From an uncultured Sphaerobacteraceae bacterium (GTDB lineage: Bacteria > Chloroflexota > Chloroflexia > Thermomicrobiales > UBA6265), in contig CAZGML010000005.1 of NCBI GenBank assembly GCA_964526965.1, forward strand, positions 8,973 through 72,972: a stretch of 64,000 nucleotides of DNA. Direction: 5' to 3'. Both the position numbers and the translations under genes were made by a program. Shown one piece after another: positions 1 to 7,888 of the stretch. The stretch's first letter is position 1; every line of letters begins with the position of its first letter. The notes under the pieces are model-generated. The model searched no databases. It was not told the origin of the DNA and saw only the letters and a list, made by a program, of their open reading frames with translations.

Positions 1-664
1 CGCCCATCGGCAGCAGGTAGGGAATCGGCGGGAGCCGCAGCCGGCCCACCATCCACGATTCCGTCAGTAAATCGCGCTTCTCATCCAGATACGCCGCCAG
101 GAAGATCACCAGCGTGATCTTGGATATCTCCGATGGCTGCACCTGAATCGGCCCCAGCTGAATCCACAGGCGCGCTCCTCCAACCTCGGTACCAATAAAG
201 AACGTCGCCGCCTGCAACGCCAGCGTGCCGATCAACCAAAGGTACTTGTACCTGGGTAGCCACTCCATTACGCGTAGCGGGCCGCTCAGCATCACCACCA
301 GCCACATACCTGCCAGGCCAATAGCGAGATAGAGCAGGTGCCGGCTGGAGAGCGGGAAACCAATCGCCCCGGTAGCGAGCAAATCCGGCGTCAGTCGCTG
401 AATCATCAGCATGCCGAGCATCGCCAGCGTGGCCGTAATCGGGAAGAGCACCTGGTCGCCCCGAAAGCGGCGCAGGCTGAAGGTGATGTTCACCAGCACC
501 ATCGCCACTGCCGCAGCAATGCCCACGGATACATCCCGCCAGGTCCACTCAACCGTGCCCTTGTCCACCAAAAAAATGGTCAGCGATCCAACCAGCGTGA
601 TCGCAGCGGTTATCAGCAGCAGATTGAACTCGGTAAGGCGTAATTCCGGACGATAGCGACGCAT
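1..664 (-). CDS. SEDS-family cell-wall protein (FtsW/RodA/SpoVE). About 221 N-terminal codons are present and the gene runs off the window start.
   Basis: Manual minus-strand translation from the ATG at 664-662 gives MRRYRPELRLTEFNLLLITAAITLVGSL...GARLWIQLGPIQVQPSEISKITLVIFLAAYLDEKR. It has no stops down to position 1. It is missing from the ORF track because the window edge truncates it. Multiple TM segments and the QPSE..K motif fit the family. Confidence 0.75.
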   Translation of the reverse strand, partial: MRRYRPELRLTEFNLLLITAAITLVGSLTIFLVDKGTVEWTWRDVSVGIAAAVAMVLVNITFSLRRFRGDQVLFPITATLAMLGMLMIQRLTPDLLATGAIGFPLSSRHLLYLAIGLAGMWLVVMLSGPLRVMEWLPRYKYLWLIGTLALQAATFFIGTEVGGARLWIQLGPIQVQPSEISKITLVIFLAAYLDEKRDLLTESWMVGRLRLPPIPYLLPMG

Positions 665-667
665 GTG

Positions 668-1507
668 CTAGCTGAGCTTTCCGGGCGTGCGCGTAATCAG
701 CTCGACCCGGTTGGCAAGCTCCGGCGTCATCACGGCCTCAGCAGTGCCGGCGGCGCAATCGCACTGCGGGTGTGTCTCGCTGGCAAGACCACGCACCACG
801 TTCCGGGACGTCTCGGCGTTCTCCGCCAGTACGCGCTGGATCATCTCCAGGGAGACATCCTCTTCTGATTCGTGCCAGACATCGAAATCCGTCACCATTG
901 CGAGCGATCCGTAGCAAAGCCCGGCCTCGCGTGCCAGCCGTGCCTCTGGCATCGCCGTCATGCCGATGATGTCGGCACCCCACTGTCGATACAGGTGGCT
1001 CTCGGCCCGCGTGCTGAACTGTGGTCCTTCAATAGTAATGTAGGTGCCACCGTCTGAAACCAGCTCCTGCGATTCGCGGGCATGCTTCACAATCCCGCTC
1101 CGCAGGTGCGGGCAGTACGGATCCGCCAGGCCCACGCTGGCAACCACACCGCCATCGAAAAAGGTGCGTGGCCGCATGCCAACGGTGCGATCGATTATCT
1201 GGTCGGGCACCACAGCAGAGCGGGGTGGCAGGTCGAAATTCAGGCTTCCCACGGCATTCACTGCCAATACGCGGGTCACACCCATCAGCTTCATGGCGGC
1301 GATATTGGCCCGATAGGGCACCTCGGACGGATTGAATTGATGATCAACGCCATGTCGCGCCAGAAAGGCGACGTCAACCCCGTCTCCAAGCTTGCCGGTA
1401 AGAATCGGGGAGCTCGGCATGCCCCACGGAGTCTCGACCTCCTGCTGCTGCACGTCTACCAAATCGGGCAGATCATACAGCCCGGTACCGCCAATTACTC
1501 CCAACAT
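668..1507 (-). CDS. mtnP: S-methyl-5'-thioadenosine phosphorylase (purine nucleoside phosphorylase family)
   Basis: ORF 668..1537 contains GVIGGTGLYDLPDL and ARHGVDHQFNPSEVPYRANIAAMKLMGV. The ATG at 1507 follows an AGGAG and is preferred over the upstream GTG at 1537. Confidence 0.85.
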   Translation of the reverse strand: MLGVIGGTGLYDLPDLVDVQQQEVETPWGMPSSPILTGKLGDGVDVAFLARHGVDHQFNPSEVPYRANIAAMKLMGVTRVLAVNAVGSLNFDLPPRSAVVPDQIIDRTVGMRPRTFFDGGVVASVGLADPYCPHLRSGIVKHARESQELVSDGGTYITIEGPQFSTRAESHLYRQWGADIIGMTAMPEARLAREAGLCYGSLAMVTDFDVWHESEEDVSLEMIQRVLAENAETSRNVVRGLASETHPQCDCAAGTAEAVMTPELANRVELITRTPGKLS

Positions 1508-1669
1508 GCCGTGTTTGCTCCTGCCTTCATACTGCACGCCTGTCCGCGCATTCGTACATGGTAACGTGTAGCATACCCTGCATGTTTTCAGTCGAATCCA
1601 TGCTGATCACGCAGGCGAAACCGACACCGGTTGGGTGACTGGTTAATTGCTGATTCAGTGCAGCAACCG

Positions 1670-1678
1670 TGGTATACT
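1670..1678 (+). promoter_or_regulatory. Candidate extended -10 promoter (TGgTATACT) for rpsO
   Basis: TGGTATACT lies about 85 nt upstream of the rpsO ATG. I saw no convincing -35. Confidence 0.35.
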
Positions 1679-1763
1679 CATCGGGTAAGCCCCTCGCCAC
1701 GGGCGTTTTTACGTGTCCTGAAATCTTGACCAGTCAATAATTCGACTAAGGAGATACCGCCGA

Positions 1764-2033
1764 ATGGCGATGCCAGTAGAACAGAAGAAAGATATCATCG
1801 AGAGTGCGAAGGTACATGAGAACGATACTGGTTCCCCAGAGGTCCAGATCGCGATCCTGACCGAGCGCATCCTCGAACTCACCGACCACCTTCGCACCCA
1901 CAAGCAGGATAATCACTCCCGCCGTGGCCTGCTGAAGCTGGTTGGCAAGCGCCGCAAGATGCTGGCGTACCTGCAGAAGACCGATATCGAACGATACCGC
2001 GAAACAGTCGCCCGCCACGGCCTGCGCAAGTAG
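1764..2033 (+). CDS. rpsO: 30S ribosomal protein S15
   Basis: The 89-aa product contains [48 protein letters not shown]. An AAGGAG RBS lies upstream. Confidence 0.97.
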   Translation: MAMPVEQKKDIIESAKVHENDTGSPEVQIAILTERILELTDHLRTHKQDNHSRRGLLKLVGKRRKMLAYLQKTDIERYRETVARHGLRK

Positions 2034-2112
2034 GCTCGATGGGATTGACCTGCACACGCGAACACATTGCGTACGACCGATTTAATGAGTCGGAATCGCT
2101 CGCATGAACGAG

Positions 2113-2149
2113 AGCCCGGGGCGCATGTCCTGGGCTTTTGTGTGCTTTG
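2113..2149 (+). terminator. Rho-independent terminator after rpsO
   Basis: The stem AGCCCGG...CCTGGGCT has one bulge and is followed by TTTTGTGTGCTTT. Confidence 0.55.
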
Positions 2150-2222
2150 AAAGGAGGCAAACAGACTAACGTGAGCGCCGGCGGGGCCGGGAGGTATTGG
2201 AGCGAGTCGATCATCCACGTAT

Positions 2223-2277
2223 CGTAGTGGCGATGCTTCGTCATCGCCCAGGGCGGACACAGAGGTCCGCCACTACG
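2223..2277 (+). repeat. Structured palindromic module, copy 1 (outer stem plus two hairpins)
   Basis: CGTAGT-GGCGATG-cttcgt-CATCGCC-cag-GGCGGAC-acagag-GTCCGCC-ACTACG. Confidence 0.85.
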
Positions 2278-2329
2278 AATGCAAACGGTTTGGCAGCACC
2301 TGTGAAGGCCGCATCGATCATCGATGTAT

Positions 2330-2384
2330 CGTAGAGGCGATGCTACGTCATCGCCCAGGGCGGACACAGAGGTCCGCCACTACG
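2330..2384 (+). repeat. Structured palindromic module, copy 2
   Basis: CGTAGA-GGCGATG-ctacgt-CATCGCC-cag-GGCGGAC-acagag-GTCCGCC-ACTACG. Confidence 0.85.
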
Positions 2385-2509
2385 AATGCAAATGGTGTGG
2401 CAGCACCTGTGAAGGTCGCATCGCTCCAGTTCCTCTGGTCTCCAGCAGGCAAAAACAAACATCAACGCTCCGCGCGGAAAGGCCGCGTGGTTTATTCATG
2501 GAGACGTGA

Positions 2510-4798
2510 ATGTCACTACCCCAAGACGTAGAACAGCAAATCAAAGTGGTCAGCACCGAAATCGCTGGTCGCACACTTACCCTGGAAACCGGCCGTATTG
2601 CCGGACTCTCCGATGGTGCCGTCACCGTTCGCTACGGCGATACTATGGTGCTCACCTCGGCAATTGGCGAGCGCGAAGCCAAGGAAGATATGGGCTTCTT
2701 CCCGCTTACCGTCGATTATGAGGAAAGAATGTACTCCGCCGGTAAAATCCCTGGCGGTTTCCCCAAGCGAGAAGGCCGACCCACCGAGGCCGCCGTTCTT
2801 GCTGCACGCCTGACCGACCGCCCCATTCGCCCACTGTTCCCACGTGGATACAAGGCCGAAGTGCAGGTGATCACCACCGTGCTCAGCGCCGACCAGGAGA
2901 ACGATGCCGACATCCTCTCCATTATCGGTGCATCCGCCGGCCTCACCATCGGCCCAGTGCCCTTTGAGGGTCCCGTTGGTGCCGTCCGCATCGGCATGAA
3001 AGATGGCGAGTTCATCATCAACCCCACCTTCGACGAGCGCGATGAAGGCGACCTCGACATGGTGGTGGCCGGTACCGACGACGCCATCATGATGGTTGAG
3101 GGCGAGGCCAAGGAAATCGAAGAAGAGAAGATGGTGCAGGGCATCGAGAAGGCGCATGAAGTCATCCGCCAGATCGTTGCGCTGCAGCACGAGCTCCGCT
3201 CAATGGCTGGCATGGAGAAGTGGCCGTTCGAGAGCCCCGCACGCAACGAAGAACTCTTCGCCGCGGTTGAGGGTGTTATCGGCGATCGCCTCCGCGAAGC
3301 CGTTCGCAACGCAGATAAGGTCGTGCGACTCGAAGCCACCAGCGAACTCCAGGCCGAGGCTCTGGCCCAACTCACCGAAGGCGACGAGGCCCAGTTCACC
3401 GCCGCCGAGGTTAATGAGACCTACGAGGCACTGCTGAAGGACGAAGTTCGCCGCGGAATCCTGGAGGAGGGCATCCGACCGGATGGCCGCTCGCCCGAGG
3501 AAATCCGCCCAATCTGGACCCAGGTCGGCTACCTGCCACGCACCCACGGCTCCGCGCTCTTTACACGCGGCCAGACCCAGGCGCTCACAGTTGCAGCGCT
3601 CGGAAGCATGGCCGAAGAACAGCGGCTGGATTCTATCTCCCCGGCTACCAGCAAGCGCTATATCCATCACTACAACTTCCCGCCCTACAGCGTGGGTGAA
3701 GTCCGCCGTATGCGAGGCGCAAGCCGCCGCGATATCGGCCACGGAGCCCTCGCCGAGCGCGCGTTGATCAACGTGATCCCGCCGGAAGATGAGTTCCCGT
3801 ACACCATTCGCGTCGTGTCGGACATCATGAGCTCCAACGGCTCGTCCTCCATGGCGTCTGTGTGTGGATCCACCATGGCGCTTATGGATGCTGGTATACC
3901 GATCTCCAAGCCGGTTGCCGGTGTGGCCATGGGCCTCATTACCGATGGCAGCGGTGATAACTACACCGTGCTCTCGGATATCCAGGGCATGGAAGACGCC
4001 CTCGGCGATATGGACTTCAAGGTCGCCGGTACGCCCGATGGCGTCACCGCGATCCAGATGGACATCAAGGTCAAGGGCATTTCCTTCGATATCATGCGCC
4101 AGGCACTCAGCCAGGCACTTGTCGGTCGCAAGCACATCCTCGACAAGATGGCCGAAACCATCTCAGAGCCGCGCGCAGAACTGAACAAGTACGCACCGCA
4201 GGTCGTTTCCATCAAGATCGACCAGGCCAAGATCGGCAAGGTCATCGGACCGGGTGGCGCCATGATCCGCGAGATTCAGGAAGAGACCGATTCCAAGATC
4301 AACATCGAGGACGATGGCACCATCTCGATTGCTTCCAGCGATAGCGAAGGCATCGCAAAGGCCAAGGCCAAGATCCAGGAGCTGACGGAAGATATTCCGG
4401 AAGTGAAGGTCGAGCGTGGCGAGATCTACAACGGCAAGGTCGTGAGCATCATGCCGTACGGTGCGTTCGTTGAAATCGCACCAGGCCGGGATGGCCTCGT
4501 GCACATCTCCGAGCTGAGCGAAGATCCAACCATCCGCACCGAGCGCGTGGAAGATGTTGTCAACATGGGTGAGGAAATCACCGTCATGGTGATCGACGTC
4601 GCCCCGAACGGCAAGGTCAGCCTCAGCCGACGTGCTGCACTCACCGGCGAACTGCCAGAGCCCAAGCCACAGCGCCCACGTGGCGGTGGCGGCGGTGGGT
4701 TCCGTGGCGACCGTGGTGGTCGTCGTGACGACCGAGGCCCGCGCGATCGAGGACCACGTGACCGTGGCCCCCGGGATCGCGGCCCACGCGACAACTAA
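2510..4798 (+). CDS. pnp: Polyribonucleotide nucleotidyltransferase (PNPase) with an Arg/Gly-rich C-terminal tail
   Basis: The 762-aa product has FPLTVDYEERMYSAGKIPGGFPKREGRP, a KH motif GKVIGPGGAMIREIQEETD and an S1 motif GKVVSIMPYGAFVEIAPGRDGLVHISEL. The tail reads GGGGGGFRGDRGGRRDDRGPRDRGPRDRGPRDRGPRDN. Confidence 0.97.
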   Translation: MSLPQDVEQQIKVVSTEIAGRTLTLETGRIAGLSDGAVTVRYGDTMVLTSAIGEREAKEDMGFFPLTVDYEERMYSAGKIPGGFPKREGRPTEAAVLAARLTDRPIRPLFPRGYKAEVQVITTVLSADQENDADILSIIGASAGLTIGPVPFEGPVGAVRIGMKDGEFIINPTFDERDEGDLDMVVAGTDDAIMMVEGEAKEIEEEKMVQGIEKAHEVIRQIVALQHELRSMAGMEKWPFESPARNEELFAAVEGVIGDRLREAVRNADKVVRLEATSELQAEALAQLTEGDEAQFTAAEVNETYEALLKDEVRRGILEEGIRPDGRSPEEIRPIWTQVGYLPRTHGSALFTRGQTQALTVAALGSMAEEQRLDSISPATSKRYIHHYNFPPYSVGEVRRMRGASRRDIGHGALAERALINVIPPEDEFPYTIRVVSDIMSSNGSSSMASVCGSTMALMDAGIPISKPVAGVAMGLITDGSGDNYTVLSDIQGMEDALGDMDFKVAGTPDGVTAIQMDIKVKGISFDIMRQALSQALVGRKHILDKMAETISEPRAELNKYAPQVVSIKIDQAKIGKVIGPGGAMIREIQEETDSKINIEDDGTISIASSDSEGIAKAKAKIQELTEDIPEVKVERGEIYNGKVVSIMPYGAFVEIAPGRDGLVHISELSEDPTIRTERVEDVVNMGEEITVMVIDVAPNGKVSLSRRAALTGELPEPKPQRPRGGGGGGFRGDRGGRRDDRGPRDRGPRDRGPRDRGPRDN

Positions 4799-4820
4799 GC
4801 CTGTTTGGTGACGGACGTAG

Positions 4821-4848
4821 GCCCGGGGTTTATCCCCGGGCTTCTCCG
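4821..4848 (+). terminator. Rho-independent terminator after pnp
   Basis: GCCCGGGG-tttat-CCCCGGGC is followed by TTCTCCGT. Confidence 0.6.
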
Positions 4849-4867
4849 TATGTATGGGGTACTGTGA

Positions 4868-5146
4868 ATGACAAATCGGGATCAGATCTTCGCTGACATC
4901 TCCACCGAACGCGACGCACAAGACGCGAAGTTCGGTAACCAGGTCCACTCCATGCCGGTCTGGAGCGCCGTCCTCACAGAGGAGTGCGGTGAGGTGGCCG
5001 AGGCCGCCCTAAGGGTTGTGTTCCACGGCGAACATGACCATCTCGCCCACCTGCGTGAGGAACTGGTTCAGGTCGCTGCCGTGGCCGTGCACATCATCGA
5101 GAAGATCGATAGCGATAACTGGACCCGCGGTGAGGGTTCCCGGTAG
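4868..5146 (+). CDS. Small MazG-like / DUF550-like putative nucleotide pyrophosphohydrolase-fold protein
   Basis: The 92-aa product carries ERDAQDAKFG and W..VLTEECGEVAEA, patterns I associate with MazG-type all-alpha NTP-PPase domains. Confidence 0.45.
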   Translation: MTNRDQIFADISTERDAQDAKFGNQVHSMPVWSAVLTEECGEVAEAALRVVFHGEHDHLAHLREELVQVAAVAVHIIEKIDSDNWTRGEGSR

Positions 5147-5160
5147 TATCGACCTTCGCA

Positions 5161-5219
5161 CGTAGTGGCGATGCTGTGTCATCGCCTGGCCGGGGCGCAC
5201 ACATAGGTGCGCCACTACG
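5161..5219. repeat. Structured palindromic module, copy 3, between convergent genes
   Basis: CGTAGT-GGCGATG-ctgtgt-CATCGCC-tggccgg-GGCGCAC-acatag-GTGCGCC-ACTACG. It overlaps the stop codon (5215-5217) of the minus-strand gene. Confidence 0.85.
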
Positions 5220-5739
5220 GCAACGGAGTCGCGTTATCCTCCGCCCGCTGGGTGGCTTCCAGGGTTTCAGCTGCCTGTGTGGCGATACCCTCAAACCACT
5301 CGGTACCCGATTCCGTACCGAGTACCCAAAACATGAACACACAGCAGGCTATCACCACCAGCGCGATCAAACCCAGCAGAACCCACAGCCATGTGCGACG
5401 CGGACGTCCCCGCGGCGGGCCGAGATCAGACATCGCCCATTCGTCCTGGCTGCTGCTGCGGAGCCGTTCGCGTTCGATCTCCCAATCCGGCTTGCGGTCA
5501 GCAAAACCACCGTCACCGGTATAGGGCTCATTGCCGGGTGGCGGAGGAGGGGCAGCCGATTCCTCGCGCGTTTCCTCGCCGCCAGTGGAGTAGCCGCCCC
5601 AGTCCCGATCCGAATCCAGCGGACTCTTTCCTCGGGGAGCGCTCGTACTTGATGCCCCGGAATCATCAACCGGGGCACCACAGTTAGGGCAGAAATTTGC
5701 GTCGGGGGCGAGCTCGTGCCCGCAATTAGAACAATACAT
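5215..5739 (-). CDS. Zinc-ribbon membrane protein (N-terminal CxxC..CxxC, disordered linker, one TM)
   Basis: The product begins MYCSNCGHELAPDANFCPNCGAPV. It also has a Pro/Gly-rich linker and the TM segment TWLWVLLGLIALVVIACCVFMFWVL. Confidence 0.6.
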   Translation of the reverse strand: MYCSNCGHELAPDANFCPNCGAPVDDSGASSTSAPRGKSPLDSDRDWGGYSTGGEETREESAAPPPPPGNEPYTGDGGFADRKPDWEIERERLRSSSQDEWAMSDLGPPRGRPRRTWLWVLLGLIALVVIACCVFMFWVLGTESGTEWFEGIATQAAETLEATQRAEDNATPLP

Positions 5740-5745
5740 TCTCTA

Positions 5746-6732
5746 TCAGTCGTTAAGCCGTGGATCGAGAGCGTCGCGCAGTCCGTTACCCAGCAGGTTG
5801 ATGCAGAGTGCGGTCAGCGTGATGGCCATACCGGGAATGAACGTAAACGTCCAGCTGCGGCGGAATACTTCCTGGGCATCGTCCAGCATGTTGCCCCAGC
5901 TTGGAGTTGGCATCTGCACACCGAAGCCGAGGTAGCTCAGTGCTGCCTCATACAGGATCAGGTTTGGCAGTGAGAGCGATGCATACACGATAACGAGCGA
6001 AACAACGTTCGGGAAGATGTGCCGCACGATAATCGCGCTGTTACTGGCACCGGTTACTCGTGCTGCATCCACATAGTCGCGCTGTTTCAGCGATAGCACC
6101 TCACCACGGATGAGACGGCTGACACTTGTCCAGCCCAGGATCGCGATAATGAACGAGAGTCCAATCGGACCCGGCGAAAGCCATACCGAGAAGAGCAGCA
6201 GCAGCGTAATGCTGGGGATACTCATGAGGGTGTCCACGAAGCGCATCAGCAGGTTGTCGACGAATCCGCCGAAGAAGCCCGCCGCTGCACCAATCGACAT
6301 ACCGATGAGCAGCGAGAAAATGAGCGCCAGTGAGGCCACCATGAGCGAGATTCGGCCGCCATAGGCAAGACGAATCAGAATATCGCGCCCGGCACCATCC
6401 GTACCCAGCCAGTGCCGTACACTCTCACCCGAAATCGGGTCGGTATACGTCGAGCCCGGGGGCAGCAGGGCTGCACGCAGGTTGGTGCTCTGGTAGTTGA
6501 GCCCGGTCATCCGTTCCAGCAGCGGTGCACCCAGCGCGAAAAGCACGATAAGACCGAGAATAATCAACGAAACAACCGCAACGCGATCTTTTTTGAGTCG
6601 GCGCCAGGACCGCTTGTAAAAGCCCGGGGTTTCCTTCAGCGCATCGCGATCAGCGGCACCAAGGCTTGTATACGCCCGTTTCTGGGGTGTTGTGCCGGTC
6701 GACTGATCGGTTTTGGTAGCAGAGTTTGCCAC
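5746..6732 (-). CDS. ABC transporter permease, peptide/nickel type (DppC/OppC-like)
   Basis: The 328-aa product has multiple TM segments and DYVDAARVTGASNSAIIVRHIFPN. Confidence 0.88.
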   Translation of the reverse strand: MANSATKTDQSTGTTPQKRAYTSLGAADRDALKETPGFYKRSWRRLKKDRVAVVSLIILGLIVLFALGAPLLERMTGLNYQSTNLRAALLPPGSTYTDPISGESVRHWLGTDGAGRDILIRLAYGGRISLMVASLALIFSLLIGMSIGAAAGFFGGFVDNLLMRFVDTLMSIPSITLLLLFSVWLSPGPIGLSFIIAILGWTSVSRLIRGEVLSLKQRDYVDAARVTGASNSAIIVRHIFPNVVSLVIVYASLSLPNLILYEAALSYLGFGVQMPTPSWGNMLDDAQEVFRRSWTFTFIPGMAITLTALCINLLGNGLRDALDPRLND

Positions 6733-6756
6733 GATGGGATTCCTTTCTCTCGCCGG

Positions 6757-7737
6757 CTAGTCGAGTCGAACGCGTGGGTCAAGCACGCCGTAGAGGATGT
6801 CTGCCAGCAGGTTCCCGAAGACAGTGAGCACAGCGTAGAACATTACACACGCCATAGCCACTGAATAGTCGCTTTGGCTCAGGCTATTAACCGTTACCTG
6901 ACCCATTCCGCGGTACCCAAACACGTTTTCAACAATGAGGGATCCGCCGAAGATATCCGGCACACTCAGGCCAATCAGCGTCACCAGCGGGAGCATGGCG
7001 TTCTTCAACGCATGCGTCATCACCACGGAGCGATACTTCATGCCCTTTGAGGAAGCTGTGCGGATGTAATCCTGGTTAATGGTCTCCAGCATCTGGGCGC
7101 GCACGTAGCGGGTCCAGGCGGCCATACTGCCTACCGTAAGCGCCGCCACCGGCATGATCAGATATTGTATACGATCCAGAACCCAATCGATACCCGTGTG
7201 GTCAGCACGCAAGTCATACGTACCGGCCACTGGCAAACTTGGCAGACCCCAATTCTGGAACTGAACACCGAAGATGATGATCATCATCATTCCGAGCCAC
7301 AGCACCGGCGTGGAGTAGAAGAGTGTTGCCAGAATGGTGGTAATGCGGTCGAAGAAGGAGTTGCGTCGGATAGCGCCCAGGATACCGATCGGAATGGCAA
7401 ACGCAGCAGCCAAAAGAATGGAAGGAATACTTAAGGCAAGAGTATTTGGAATTGCGGAGCCGATAACGCGGGTAACTGGCTGGGCATTGAGGAAGCTAAA
7501 TCCGAGGTCGCCTTGCAGGGCGTTACCGAGCCAGCGGAAATACCGTACATACCATGGGTCATTAAGACCGAGATTTTCACGAATACGCTCAATATCTGCC
7601 GGTGTAATGCTTGGGTTGAACTCAATTTGCGATGTGGGGCTGCCCGGAACCATATTCATCAGGGCGAACACAAGGAAAGAAATCCCTAGCAAAAGAGGCA
7701 CAAGACCCAATAGCCGGCGAACAATATACCGCGTCAT
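6757..7737 (-). CDS. ABC transporter permease, peptide/nickel type (DppB/OppB-like)
   Basis: The 326-aa product begins MTRYIVRRLLGLVPLLLGISFLVFALM and contains DYIRTASSKGMKYRSVVMTHALKNAMLP. Confidence 0.88.
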   Translation of the reverse strand: MTRYIVRRLLGLVPLLLGISFLVFALMNMVPGSPTSQIEFNPSITPADIERIRENLGLNDPWYVRYFRWLGNALQGDLGFSFLNAQPVTRVIGSAIPNTLALSIPSILLAAAFAIPIGILGAIRRNSFFDRITTILATLFYSTPVLWLGMMMIIIFGVQFQNWGLPSLPVAGTYDLRADHTGIDWVLDRIQYLIMPVAALTVGSMAAWTRYVRAQMLETINQDYIRTASSKGMKYRSVVMTHALKNAMLPLVTLIGLSVPDIFGGSLIVENVFGYRGMGQVTVNSLSQSDYSVAMACVMFYAVLTVFGNLLADILYGVLDPRVRLD

Positions 7738-7821
7738 ATTACGAATCCTCTAATCCCTGTATAGATTATGAAGCTTCACTGGAGCCAGGCAGGGATACGA
7801 CGAGAGTTGGATTTCGGCGGG

Positions 7822-7851
7822 ATTTGGGGGCAGCACGTGCTGCCCCCAAAT
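7822..7851 (-). promoter_or_regulatory. Perfect 30-bp palindrome (intercistronic stem-loop) between the binding-protein and permease genes
   Basis: ATTTGGGGGCAGCAC/GTGCTGCCCCCAAAT forms 15+15 nt perfect arms with no U-tract on either strand. Confidence 0.7.
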
Positions 7852-7854
7852 CTC

Positions 7855-7884
7855 ACACAATCAAATCGAAGAGATTTGTTGTGT
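7855..7884 (-). promoter_or_regulatory. Second intercistronic hairpin directly after the binding-protein stop codon
   Basis: ACACAATCAAATC-gaaga-GATTTGTTGTGT, with one bulged base. Confidence 0.5.
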
Positions 7885-7888
7885 TTGG

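Larger units (their letters stand above)
2207..2423 (+). repeat. Tandem direct repeat, 2 x 107 bp, in the rpsO-pnp spacer
   Basis: Units 2207-2313 and 2314-2420 differ at 7 positions by manual alignment. The TCG at 2421-2423 starts a third register. Confidence 0.9.

Noticed and set aside
81-548. A 155-aa minus-strand ORF, plus the plus-strand ORFs at 338-656.
   Set aside because: They are in different frames or on the other strand from the edge-truncated SEDS (FtsW/RodA) reading frame. That frame translates cleanly from 664 to 1 and has family motifs.
1879-2367. Minus-strand ORFs (1879-2367 and 1913-2260) that both start MSALGDD.ASPLRY. A similar peptide occurs in ORF 5094-5342.
   Set aside because: The recurring peptide comes from translating the repeated palindromic DNA module. 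The ORFs also run antisense through rpsO.
2207-2423. The possibility that the tandem repeat is a CRISPR array.
   Set aside because: There are only two units. They are directly adjacent with no spacers, the unit is 107 bp long, and no cas genes lie nearby.
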